Both the position numbers and the translations under genes were made by a program. The notes under the pieces were generated by a model, which was given only the letters and a program-made list of their open reading frames with translations, did not search any database and had not been told where the DNA came from. A DNA stretch of 64,000 nucleotides from positions 32,001 through 96,000 of the forward strand of contig DATGZA010000075.1 in NCBI GenBank assembly GCA_035297365.1. Direction: 5' to 3'. This stretch comes from Nitrososphaeraceae archaeon. Lineage in GTDB: Archaea > Thermoproteota > Nitrososphaeria > Nitrososphaerales > Nitrososphaeraceae. Shown here one piece after another: positions 19,658 to 29,799 of the stretch. How positions within the stretch are numbered: position 1 is the stretch's first letter; every line of letters starts with the position of its first letter.

Positions 19658-20653
19658 TTAATTCGACATGAATTCAGATAAATACAATGAGGAATAAGTA
19701 ATTATTTTATCTGCACCAGATCTTTTAAGTGAACCTAAGAGATTTAAAAGAAAGTGAATCTCATCTATTACTCCTATCTTTGATGCTGCTTTTATCATCG
19801 AATATTCGCCCGACACAATCTGGACTACTGTTGGAGCAGTGTATTTCCTACTAACTTGATAAACTAAATCTAAAGAAGTAATAGAAGGTTTTAACAATAT
19901 CATATCTGCACCTTCTCGAATATCAAATTCAATCTCCCTAAGCACCTCCATGGTGTTGCAATATGATACCTGATAGGAAGATTTGTCCAAGGATTTCGGA
20001 AAGTTGAGGAATACTCCGGATTGAAATGGTTTATAAAGCGACGAGGATTGTTTTGCTGAAAATGAAAGTATTTGTGTTTTCTTATGTCCCTCGGTATCTA
20101 GTTTTTCCCTAATACAACGAACTTGACCATCCATCATTGATGAAGGAGCTACAATATCGGCTCCAGCGATGGAATGACTTAACGCTATCTTAGCTAGATA
20201 ATCGACGGTTTGATCATTTTTAATTTCATTATTTTTGCTCGTTATACCGCAATGTCCAGATTCGTTATAGTGACATAGACATATATCAGTAATCAATTTT
20301 AGTTTATCTCCAAAATTAGATTTCAATGTTCTTACTGTCTTTTGAACAACTCCGTTAGCTGAAAACGCTAAAGAACCATCTCTTGTTTTATTTCTTGGTA
20401 TTCCAAACAATATGATTGATTTAATCCCTTTATCTACTACATCCCCTACCGAATCGATTATTTTATGATAGGGAATCTGAAAAATTCCAGGCATTGATCC
20501 AAGTTGATGATACTTTGCCATCTCAGTAATAAAAATTGGATAAATCAGATCATCTTTATATAGTCTAAAATTTTTTGTCAATTCCAAGTAAAATTTTTGA
20601 TCTGATTCTGACATCCTTAGTACACCGTTGATCAGATTATTTATAACTACCAT
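19658..20653 (-). CDS. hemB: porphobilinogen synthase paralog (divergent second copy)
   Basis: DLIYPIF, DICLCHYNESGHCG, APSSMMDGQV, SAK, EGADMILLKP, VSGEYSMIKAA. Confidence 0.85.
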   Translation of the reverse strand: MVVINNLINGVLRMSESDQKFYLELTKNFRLYKDDLIYPIFITEMAKYHQLGSMPGIFQIPYHKIIDSVGDVVDKGIKSIILFGIPRNKTRDGSLAFSANGVVQKTVRTLKSNFGDKLKLITDICLCHYNESGHCGITSKNNEIKNDQTVDYLAKIALSHSIAGADIVAPSSMMDGQVRCIREKLDTEGHKKTQILSFSAKQSSSLYKPFQSGVFLNFPKSLDKSSYQVSYCNTMEVLREIEFDIREGADMILLKPSITSLDLVYQVSRKYTAPTVVQIVSGEYSMIKAASKIGVIDEIHFLLNLLGSLKRSGADKIITYSSLYLSEFMSN

Positions 20654-20698
20654 GCAAGAAGATCATACCATTTGATTTAATGATAAATTGCTTCTTTG

Positions 20699-21364
20699 TC
20701 ATTTTTTTTCATCCTCAGAGAGAGTCCAAGGAAACCATTTCCCAATAATCTTTCCCCAATCTATTTTCAAGTATAAATAAATTATTACTACCAATACTAC
20801 GATACTCACGCCTATTCCAAGATAAAGAAAAATAGGATCGGTTTTTCCGGAAGTAAGAGAATCAACAACCGGACGACCTAGGAAAACGCTACCAAAAACA
20901 ATTATTTCATTTAAAATAAATTTTCCAGAGAATGTAGATATGGCAAATTTCCATGGACTATACTTTGCTAAACCAAGTGGAATATATACCAAGTCGTCAG
21001 GTATTGGAGTCACTGCTGCTATAAACGCCCCAGGCCATCCATATTTTGATACCAATCTTTGTAGGGGCAACATTCTCTTCTTAGTTTTGGTACTTAAAAT
21101 ACGTCGTCCATAATAACTTGCATAAAAAATAATCAATTTAGCTATAACAGCACCTACAGCACTCACAATAGATATAAGATGAGGATCTAACTGTTTATCG
21201 ATTCCTGCCGTAAACAAAACAGGAAAATAAGGAACTGGTATAAATACAACTATACTTGCCAGAAAACTTATTATCAGGATTCCTAGATATCTACCTATGT
21301 TACCATATTCTTCTACGTATCCAAAATCTTGAAAGAATGAAAGCAGATCATTAGTATTTTCCAA
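20699..21364 (-). CDS. DedA/VTT-domain (YqaA-like) membrane protein
   Basis: SFLASIVVFIPVP, FIAAVTPIPDDL, GLAKY. Confidence 0.82.
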   Translation of the reverse strand: MENTNDLLSFFQDFGYVEEYGNIGRYLGILIISFLASIVVFIPVPYFPVLFTAGIDKQLDPHLISIVSAVGAVIAKLIIFYASYYGRRILSTKTKKRMLPLQRLVSKYGWPGAFIAAVTPIPDDLVYIPLGLAKYSPWKFAISTFSGKFILNEIIVFGSVFLGRPVVDSLTSGKTDPIFLYLGIGVSIVVLVVIIYLYLKIDWGKIIGKWFPWTLSEDEKK

Positions 21365-21492
21365 GTATCGTTACTCCTTTTCCTTGTATCTATTCTATAT
21401 TTAAGTGAATAATGAGATCAATAATTCCTCATACACTTGATTTTAATATTATTATCGTATATTATTTTAATAAAAGTAAATATGTGTCTCAT

Positions 21493-22980
21493 TTAGTAGG
21501 CTTTTGCAAAAATAACAACATGTTTTGAGGGCTTTCTACAGAATATACAACGAGCATTTTCGTCTTTTTCCTCTAAATCAAAAGGAATTATCCTAATATC
21601 TGCACCGGTATCGTCTTTTATTTTATTTTCGCAATCTTCATTTCCACACCAAGTGGATAATATAAAACCGCTATTTTTATCTAATTTATCTCGCATGTCA
21701 TCATAACTTGAAACTTTACGGAAATTATTCAGATGAAACTGCAACGCCTTATCATACATTGCCTTTTGAATATCAGATAAGATAGTCGTAAGAGATCTTA
21801 CTAAGTTGTTTGTTCTTTCAATAATTAATTTCTCTTTTGTATCTCTTCTTACAAGTTCTAACTTTTCATTATTTATATCCCTTGAACCTATATTGATTCT
21901 AAGTGGAATCCCCTTTATTTCCCAATCATTGAACTTCCATCCTGATGTATATCCATCTCTTGCATCCAGGTGACTTCTCATCCCTCCTGATACCAATTCA
22001 TTTTGCAATTTTTTTGATTCTTCAATTACCAAATCTTTATTGCTATTTTTATAAATTGGTACGATAACTATCTGAATAGGTGCAATATTTGGAGGTAAAA
22101 TTAAGCCTTTGTCATCTCCATGAACCATTATTAATGCACCTATTAATCTCCAGGACATTCCCCAAGAAGTTTGCCATGCAAAATATTGCTTGGAATCCTT
22201 TCCAAGAAATCTTATCTCAAATGGTTTCGAGAAATTTTGTCCGAGATTGTGAGACGTCGCCATTTGTAAGGCCTTACCATCAGGCATTATTGATTCGAGG
22301 CTGGTAGTATACGAAGCCCCAACGAATTTCTCTTTTTCAGTCTTTAAACCTTTGACTGTAGGGATAGCAAGATAATTTTCTATTAATTCTTGATAATATC
22401 CTAAAATTAGTAAAACTTCATTTTCGGCATCGCTGCTAGTTTCATGGACTGTATGTCCCTCTTGCCAAAGAAATTCAGAATTTCTTATGAAGGGTTTTGT
22501 AGATTTTATCTCCGCCCTCAGAGCAGAATTCCAAAAATTTATTTTTAAGGGCAGGTCACGATGACTCATTATCCATTTTGAAAAAATGTTATAAGCTAAA
22601 GTTTCTGAGGTTGGACGAACCGCTAATTTATCTGAAAGATTATTGTTTCCGGCCTTTGTAACCCAAAATACTTCTGGAGTAAAGCCAGTAAAGTGGTCTT
22701 TCTCTTTCGAAAGAAGACTTTCTGGAATCAATATAGGTAAAAAACCATTTTCATGTCCGGATTCTTTTAGTTTCTTATCAAGAATCTCTTTGATATTTTC
22801 CCAAATTCGATATCCATAAGGTCTAAGAATAATAAATCCCTTAACTGGAGAATAATCAACTAACCCTGATTTGGTAACCGCTTGAGTGTACCATTCAGAA
22901 AAATTATCATTTTTCTTTACAGTTATTCCGATTTCCTTAGAATCTGACAAAAATTTATTCCTCTTTTTAAGAGTTTCCAA
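21493..22980 (-). CDS. proS: proline--tRNA ligase (archaeal/eukaryotic type)
   Basis: NFSEWY, RPTSET, EFLWQEGHT, SHNLGQNF, TSWGMSWRL, C-terminal Zn site, FAKAY. Confidence 0.97.
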   Translation of the reverse strand: METLKKRNKFLSDSKEIGITVKKNDNFSEWYTQAVTKSGLVDYSPVKGFIILRPYGYRIWENIKEILDKKLKESGHENGFLPILIPESLLSKEKDHFTGFTPEVFWVTKAGNNNLSDKLAVRPTSETLAYNIFSKWIMSHRDLPLKINFWNSALRAEIKSTKPFIRNSEFLWQEGHTVHETSSDAENEVLLILGYYQELIENYLAIPTVKGLKTEKEKFVGASYTTSLESIMPDGKALQMATSHNLGQNFSKPFEIRFLGKDSKQYFAWQTSWGMSWRLIGALIMVHGDDKGLILPPNIAPIQIVIVPIYKNSNKDLVIEESKKLQNELVSGGMRSHLDARDGYTSGWKFNDWEIKGIPLRINIGSRDINNEKLELVRRDTKEKLIIERTNNLVRSLTTILSDIQKAMYDKALQFHLNNFRKVSSYDDMRDKLDKNSGFILSTWCGNEDCENKIKDDTGADIRIIPFDLEEKDENARCIFCRKPSKHVVIFAKAY

Positions 22981-22994
22981 TAATCATTTTAAAA

Positions 22995-23306
22995 TTAAAG
23001 TGGTTCTCCACGACAGTATACCTTCCCAGAAATCCTACTATTGAAATTTTTACAAACATAACATTGTACAAAAGGCACTTCTTTTTGCAATACTGGACAA
23101 TCGACTGATTCCATTTTCATCCTTTTAAGCATTTTTGGACTAACTCCTTTTAATTTTAGTTTACCTTTGTCATCCATCATACCAATTCCCTTTAATTGAT
23201 TTTTAACGTCATCAGTTAATCTAGAACTTTTTTCCGATAATTTTATAGGTACTATGAATTTTGTTTCACTATCAAGATTATTGTTAGAATTTGAATCTTC
23301 CATCAA
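22995..23306 (-). CDS. hypothetical protein with C-terminal Cys cluster
   Basis: VDCPV...QCYVCKNF...VYCRG. Confidence 0.75.
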   Translation of the reverse strand: MMEDSNSNNNLDSETKFIVPIKLSEKSSRLTDDVKNQLKGIGMMDDKGKLKLKGVSPKMLKRMKMESVDCPVLQKEVPFVQCYVCKNFNSRISGKVYCRGEPL

Positions 23307-23412
23307 AATATTTTTCCTTCAATAGAATATATTTGATTTCCTCACCAAAATTATTTATGAAAAAATAGAATTACTTTTTATATTATAACTACTTTAAAAC
23401 ACTATTAACAAA

Positions 23413-24609
23413 TTGAATTCAGAGCTGATACCGTGTAAGAATAGTATTGTATCTGAAATTCTCCGAAAGTGTTTTGAAAAAAAAACTCTATCAAAAGATG
23501 AAATTCTTTTATTATTAGAATCAAAAGAAGATCATTCTATATTCCATGTTGCTTCCTTTCTAAAGGAAATTTATAAAAAAAAGACGATAACCTACTCTAG
23601 AAAAATTTTCATCAACATCACAAATTTATGCAAGGATTTTTGTTCCTATTGTACCTACAGAAAAGATCCTTATCATCAACAAGCAGTCATGATGTATCCA
23701 AATGAAATATTGGAATTGGCAGAGAAAGGAAAAAAATACAAGTGTACTGAAGCTTTGATAGTTTCAGGAGAAAGACCAGAAGACAGATATAATGAAGCAA
23801 AAGATTGGTTGAGATCATTAAATTTTAAGTCTACTGTTGAATACGTTAGCAACATTTCAGAAAAAATAACTAAAAAAACCGGATTGCTTCCACATTCTAA
23901 TTTGGGAAATATATCCAAGGATGAGATGAAAATGTTAAAAGATTATAATGTTAGTTTGGGATTAATGTTGGAGTCTTCAACCTATAGATTAAGACAGAAA
24001 GGGATGGCTCATGAATACGCACCAAGCAAGGACCCAGGAATCAGGTTAGAAACAATTGAAAATGCAGGTATATTAAAAATTCCTTTAACTACAGGAATAT
24101 TGATAGGTATAGGAGAGAATATTGAGGAAATAATAGACTCGATTTTGTTAATTGGAAATATTAATTCGAAATATGGTCACATTCAGGAAATTATCCTTCA
24201 AAACTTTAGGCCAAAAACTAATACGAAAATGCGTAATATGCCCCCTCCAGACGATAATCTTTTTTTGAGATTAGTTGCAATATCGCGAATATTATTGCCT
24301 ACAATGAATATACAAATTCCACCTAATTTATCTCCATTAAACTATATATCGTTTATTGATGTTGGAATTAATGATTGGGGAGGTATTTCACCTCTTACTG
24401 TTGACCACGTAAATCCAGAATTTGCTTGGCCTGATATTAAAGATATAAAAAAAAATACTCGATCAAAGAACCAAATTTTGAGAGCAAGACTACCTATTTA
24501 TCCCGAATTTATAAAAAAAGAATTCATTAATCCAACTCTAGAAAATTATATAGATAATCTAATAGATAAAGACGGATTAGTAAAAGAGGAATATTTAAAT
24601 GAATTTTGA
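23413..24609 (+). CDS. cofG: FO synthase subunit CofG (radical SAM)
   Basis: ITYSRKIFI, CKDFCSYC, GLLPHSN, QEIILQNF, IQIPPNL, NDWGGISP. Confidence 0.95.
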   Translation: MNSELIPCKNSIVSEILRKCFEKKTLSKDEILLLLESKEDHSIFHVASFLKEIYKKKTITYSRKIFINITNLCKDFCSYCTYRKDPYHQQAVMMYPNEILELAEKGKKYKCTEALIVSGERPEDRYNEAKDWLRSLNFKSTVEYVSNISEKITKKTGLLPHSNLGNISKDEMKMLKDYNVSLGLMLESSTYRLRQKGMAHEYAPSKDPGIRLETIENAGILKIPLTTGILIGIGENIEEIIDSILLIGNINSKYGHIQEIILQNFRPKTNTKMRNMPPPDDNLFLRLVAISRILLPTMNIQIPPNLSPLNYISFIDVGINDWGGISPLTVDHVNPEFAWPDIKDIKKNTRSKNQILRARLPIYPEFIKKEFINPTLENYIDNLIDKDGLVKEEYLNEF

Positions 24610-25843
24610 AAGTATTCAAAAATATATTGACCCAGTAATTTCAGAAATTTTAGACAAAGCAGTGAACAATAAAGAAATTACTATTTCTGAAGTAGTAGAA
24701 TTACTCGATTGTAATGGAATGGAAATGAATATGTTAATTGTTGTTGCAAATTATCTTCGTGAAATTAAAAATGGTAATGTGGTTACATATGTTTTGAACA
24801 GAAATATTAATTTTACTAACGTTTGCATCAAAAGATGTGGATTCTGTGCTTTTAGTAGAGATTTTAGACAAGAGGAAGGATATTTTTTACCAACTGAAGA
24901 AGTTGTTAGGAGATCAAAAGAAGCATATCAATACGGAGCAACAGAAGTTTGTATACAAGCTGGACTACCTCCCAAGATGAATGGAAATCTATACGTAGAA
25001 TTATGTAATTCAATTAAAAAAGAAATTCCAAATATTCATATTCATGCTTTTTCACCAGAGGAGATAATGTATGGAGCTCAACGTTCAAATATTTCAGTAA
25101 AAGAATATCTAAGTAGGCTAAAAGACGCAGGACTAGATAGCATTCCAGGAACAGCTGCTGAAATACTTGACCAAGAGATTAGAAATATTATTTCACCTGG
25201 AAGAATTTCTGTAAAAGACTGGATTGATACTATAAAGACAGCTCACTCCATTGGAATTCCATCAACTTCTACAATTATGTATGGACATATTGAATCTCAT
25301 AAACACATAGCAGAGCATTTGCAAATAATAAAAAACATACAAAAGGAAACTAGAGGGTTTACAGAATTTGTTCCCTTAAGCTTTGTTCATACTGAAGCAC
25401 CGATGTTTAACAAGAATTTAATAGACAATATAAGCCCTGGTCCAGATGGCGCGTATGTATTGAAAGTGCATGCAGTATCAAGAATTTTCCTTAATAGCTA
25501 TATAAACAACATACAAGTTTCTTGGGTAAAAGAAGGTCCCAGGATGAGTCAAATCTTGTTAGATGCAGGAGTGAATGATTTTGGTGGAACATTGATAAAT
25601 GAAAGTATTTCCACGTCCGCTGGTGCAAATAATGGACAAATATTAAAACCAAAGAATATCAGACAAATAATTCACAGTGCTGGAAAAATTCCAGCACAGA
25701 GAACTTCAAGATATAAAATCATTAAAAAATTCTGCGAAGAAGACTATGATGACGAAGAGCTATTGGATAAGGCTGACGCCGAATCGTTTGGATCATACCA
25801 AGAATTAATTAAATTAGATAAGTTCAGATTCAGGAAAGAATAA
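24599..25843 (+). CDS. cofH: FO synthase subunit CofH (radical SAM)
   Basis: VTYVLNRNINFTNVCIKRCGFC, PGTAAEIL, TSTIMYGHIE, NIQVSWVK. Confidence 0.93.
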   Translation: MNFESIQKYIDPVISEILDKAVNNKEITISEVVELLDCNGMEMNMLIVVANYLREIKNGNVVTYVLNRNINFTNVCIKRCGFCAFSRDFRQEEGYFLPTEEVVRRSKEAYQYGATEVCIQAGLPPKMNGNLYVELCNSIKKEIPNIHIHAFSPEEIMYGAQRSNISVKEYLSRLKDAGLDSIPGTAAEILDQEIRNIISPGRISVKDWIDTIKTAHSIGIPSTSTIMYGHIESHKHIAEHLQIIKNIQKETRGFTEFVPLSFVHTEAPMFNKNLIDNISPGPDGAYVLKVHAVSRIFLNSYINNIQVSWVKEGPRMSQILLDAGVNDFGGTLINESISTSAGANNGQILKPKNIRQIIHSAGKIPAQRTSRYKIIKKFCEEDYDDEELLDKADAESFGSYQELIKLDKFRFRKE

Positions 25844-25978
25844 GAAAACCTATTAAAACTAAACTAGAAAATTTATAAATATCGATCTTCTAATATCATT
25901 TTTATTTAAAGTGCAAACACCATATTTCTAAAATAAGAATTGGTAAGATTTATCAATAGTAATAGATTTTCATAATTT

Positions 25979-27673
25979 TTGTATAAATATATGAATAATT
26001 CTCTAAAAAATTCTTTCAAATGGAAAACATTGCAACATAATGGAGTTGCTTTTCCTCCAGATTATTCCTACAAGGGAATAAAAATTGGGATAAAAAATGA
26101 TCAATTTCAATTAAATAACGACCAAGAAGAATTGATATATGCTTGGGCAAAAAAGAAAGATTCTCATTATATTCGAGATGATGTATTTCAAAAAAACTTC
26201 TTAACAGATCTTAAAAAATTATTACCTAACAGATTTCAATACATAAAAAATATTAGCGATATTGATTTTTCTGAGGCTTTCGGACTGGTCGATGAAGAAC
26301 AAAGAATAAAATATTTAGAAAAAGAAAAAATCAAATCATTACCTATAGAAGAGAAAAAAAAACTATCATCAGAAAAGAAAAAACAAAAAGAGTCGTTGAA
26401 AAAAACATATGGCATAGCAATAATAGACGGAGTTGAAGTGGAGGTCGCAAACTGGTTAGTTGAACCACCGGGATTGTTTATGGGAAGAGGATTACATCCT
26501 CTAAGAGGACGATGGAAACCAAGAATAAGACCTCAGGACGTTATATTGAACTTGGATGAAAATTCTCCTGTTCCCGAGGGGGCATGGAAGAAAGTTGTAC
26601 ATGACCATTCCTCTACATGGCTTGCAACATGGACGGAAACATTAACTAGTAAGAGAAAGTATGTTTGGTTACACGATTCTGCATTATTAAGGCAAGATAA
26701 AGATAGAGAAAAATATGATAAAGCAAAAAATCTAGAAAAACATGTAGAGAAAATTGAAAAGGATATAATAAATAAAATGATTAACGAAAAAGATCTTAAT
26801 CAAAAAAAAATTGCAACAGTTTGTTATCTTATATTAAAATTAGCTATGAGAGTTGGCGACGAAAAAGACACAGATGAAACTGATACTGTAGGAGCATCAA
26901 CTTTAAGAGTAGAACATATTAAATTTCCTGAAACATATGATGGAAGAAAATTTATACAATTTAATTTTCTTGGTAAGGATAGCGTACCTTGGCAAAAAAC
27001 CATTGAAATAAGTTCCATAGACACAAATACATTATATGAAAACCTACGATTTTTTATGATGAATAAACAGAAGGATAGTGAAATTTTTGACAATATAAAC
27101 TCTGCAAAGGTGAATTCTTTCCTAAGGAATCTTGATCCTAAAAATGTTCCCGGATTGACCGCAAAAGTATTTAGAACATATTTAGCAACAAAAATAGTTA
27201 AAGATGCATTAAAATCGCCACCTGTACAAGTGGGTAAAAATTCATCCGAATTCAAAAAAATCTATATCGCAAAAATCGCAAATTTAAGCGCAGCTATAGA
27301 ATGTAATCACAAAAAAGGAATTGATCCTAATAATCCAGCAAGTAAGAAGGCTATCGAAAGATTAGAGGAATCATTGGAAAAAAAGAAGCAAACAATTATG
27401 AATCTAAGAAATGACATCAAATTGAAAAAATGGAAAACAGAAAAGCAAAAAGAAAAATTAGAATCCAGAATTGAAAAAATAACGTATCAATTAAAACTGC
27501 AGAAGGAAACTAGTGACTACAATCTTGGAACATCATTGAGAAATTATATTGATCCCAGAGTGATGAAGTGGTGGATGGATAGCATAGGTCTGGATTGGAA
27601 GAAAGTATACACAACAACCCTCCAAAGAAAATTTAAATGGATAGAAACATCCGAAATATCAAAGGGTGTCTAA
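25979..27673 (+). CDS. DNA topoisomerase IB (eukaryote-like, single chain)
   Basis: KWKTLQHNG, EPPGLFMGRG, MRVGDEKD, FLGKDS, LTAKVFRTY, CNH, catalytic Tyr in GTSLRNYIDPR. Confidence 0.96.
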   Translation: MYKYMNNSLKNSFKWKTLQHNGVAFPPDYSYKGIKIGIKNDQFQLNNDQEELIYAWAKKKDSHYIRDDVFQKNFLTDLKKLLPNRFQYIKNISDIDFSEAFGLVDEEQRIKYLEKEKIKSLPIEEKKKLSSEKKKQKESLKKTYGIAIIDGVEVEVANWLVEPPGLFMGRGLHPLRGRWKPRIRPQDVILNLDENSPVPEGAWKKVVHDHSSTWLATWTETLTSKRKYVWLHDSALLRQDKDREKYDKAKNLEKHVEKIEKDIINKMINEKDLNQKKIATVCYLILKLAMRVGDEKDTDETDTVGASTLRVEHIKFPETYDGRKFIQFNFLGKDSVPWQKTIEISSIDTNTLYENLRFFMMNKQKDSEIFDNINSAKVNSFLRNLDPKNVPGLTAKVFRTYLATKIVKDALKSPPVQVGKNSSEFKKIYIAKIANLSAAIECNHKKGIDPNNPASKKAIERLEESLEKKKQTIMNLRNDIKLKKWKTEKQKEKLESRIEKITYQLKLQKETSDYNLGTSLRNYIDPRVMKWWMDSIGLDWKKVYTTTLQRKFKWIETSEISKGV

Positions 27674-27899
27674 TCTTAATCCATAATAGAATTGATTTTG
27701 CAAAGTTAAGATATATCTCTAGCGCTGTTTTTAATTTGTATAATGTTTTGTATTTGGTTATCACAACCGGCTTCTAAGAAAATACAACAAATAGAATAAT
27801 ATTTGGTACATAGTTCAATTTTTCATCAAAAAATAATGCCTCTAATGATTTAATTTTAGGTAAGAATTAATGATAAAACTATAAAAATCCTCTAGATGT

Positions 27900-28825
27900 T
27901 GTCCTAACAGGAGTTGCAATTTCGTCTACCAATATAGGTAACGATTCCTAATCTCCCCAGGAGGTATATAAAAATGAGTTACAAACAGAATTCAATTTAT
28001 TTCAAGAGAAATAATTGAATGGATATATAATAACTGATATCTGTAAAGATATAATACGTTTACAGATAGATTAGAGGTGGTAGAACAGGTACCTAAACTA
28101 TAGAATAGATGATCTACTGGAATAGAATTGGGAACCACATAAAATACAACCTGTAAAATTAAAAGAGCAGAAACAGCATATACTGCATTCACTGATCAAA
28201 TGATTTGGTTGAAATTGCATAAGATCGGATTAAACTAACGCTATATTGAAGATACTGAAAAGACATCTAATAACTTCCCGGAATGCAGGATCAGCAACAG
28301 AAAATCAAAAATTAAGATGAAGGAACCGATTCAGATGATACGCATGAATATTTTAGGTCCATTTAACATGAGAATTCGGCTCAAAAAACAATTTTCTTAG
28401 TTGTGAGGATGATTCTTCAAGAAAGATATCAAGTGTGGTGTCTGAAAGGCAGAGAGTAGATGTTTCAAATGTAATCGAATACTACATTTTAGAAAATGGT
28501 GAACCTGAAAAGATAACGCATATAATGGTAAACAGTTTAAACCTGAAATATTCAGGCTTTTTCTGGAAAACAAAATATAAATGATAAATTAATTCCAAAA
28601 GGTTATCCACAAATATATGGAAAGATAGAAGGATAAAATAAGATAGTTAAAAACGTATTTTTGGCAGTAAAAAATATTCCCAATAGGAAAGAAGGAAATA
28701 AAATCAGTTTCATGTTGTATTCAATGGTCACATACCATTTGAAATGTTTCTTATGAAAGAAAGATTAAATAATTCCAGTGATAGCAAGAAAGTTAAGCAG
28801 AAAAAACGTGTCACTCGTGTAGACA
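27900..28825 (+). pseudogene. decayed IS481-family element (rve-type DDE transposase)
   Basis: Fragments from ATG 27974: LFQEK*LNGYIITDICK, RW*NRY, MNILGPF, EDDSSRK, NGKQF, IPKGYPQIYGKIEG*NKIVKN. Imperfect TGT-starting inverted ends: tgtcctaacaggagttgca (27900) vs revcomp tgtctacacgagtgaca (28825). Confidence 0.82.
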
Positions 28826-29507
28826 AGTGCATCTTTTACCTGCCTATGGAAGTACAACATTTAGATAAAGGGCTATTTAATCTGGAATTTATCAAACATA
28901 GAAATTTACACACTGAAGTTTATTAATTTATATCGTAATAAACTTGGACAAATCTCTAGATGACTTGTTCATTCTTATATTGTCTAGAAAACAATTGTGA
29001 AATTTTTGTAATTTAGGAAAATTGAACTAACAACAACGACTAGAAGTATCATGAATCGCAGTCTAGCAGCCATAACTGCAAAAAACATAAAAAATAAATC
29101 GAGAGTTTTGAGAATTAGAAAAACATAATAAGAAAAATTCCAGATACGCTTGATTAAAATGTTCTAATAATAAAGTAATAATACTGAAAACAAACAAGGA
29201 TGGATGTCATTAAATAATCCTTTAAATGACTATAGCCTTAATTCTCAAAAAATTAGCCAATAAATCTCGAAATATTAGACATAGGTATGCAACACAAATA
29301 AATACATTAAGCCAAAAAATATCATAAAAATAATAAGGAAGGAAGGAGGATTGTTTAAAAATCTTATATATTATTTTACAAGTATTTATAGCTACTAACA
29401 GATTTATAAAAAAAATCCCAAGAATTATCTTCATAAATGACGCCCATTTTAATATGAATAGAATATATATTACAAAAATTAAAATTTTCTTGAACGCTTC
29501 TGAGTTT

Positions 29508-29582
29508 GCCGGAGTGGCTCAGCTTGGTTAGAGCGTTCGACTCATAATCGAAAGGTCGCGGGCTCGAATCCCGTCTCCGGCA
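29508..29582 (+). tRNA. tRNA-Met(CAT), probably elongator
   Basis: GCCGGAG/CTCCGGC acceptor, TTCGA-CTCATAA-TCGAA anticodon arm; lacks the A1-U72 and GGG/CCC initiator hallmarks. Confidence 0.93.
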
Positions 29583-29799
29583 TTTTTTTTAAAAAACGAT
29601 AGAATTTAAAAATCTTTTAATAACGACTAAAGAATTATAAATTTTAAATATATAAATAAAGACAAAGTAAAATATAACACTAATTTCAAAAGCGCAATAG
29701 AGCTGAACTTGCGTTTATTGAATCTCTCTTTGAAACTACCACAAATTTAAATCAATATTAACTATTTATTATTTATCAATACCACCAAATAGAGAATAC

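Noticed and set aside
27992-29434. Short ORFs 27992..28192, 28744..28926 and 29222..29434
   Set aside because: Antisense or tail fragments of the IS481 relic, or low-complexity AT-rich sequence with no motif
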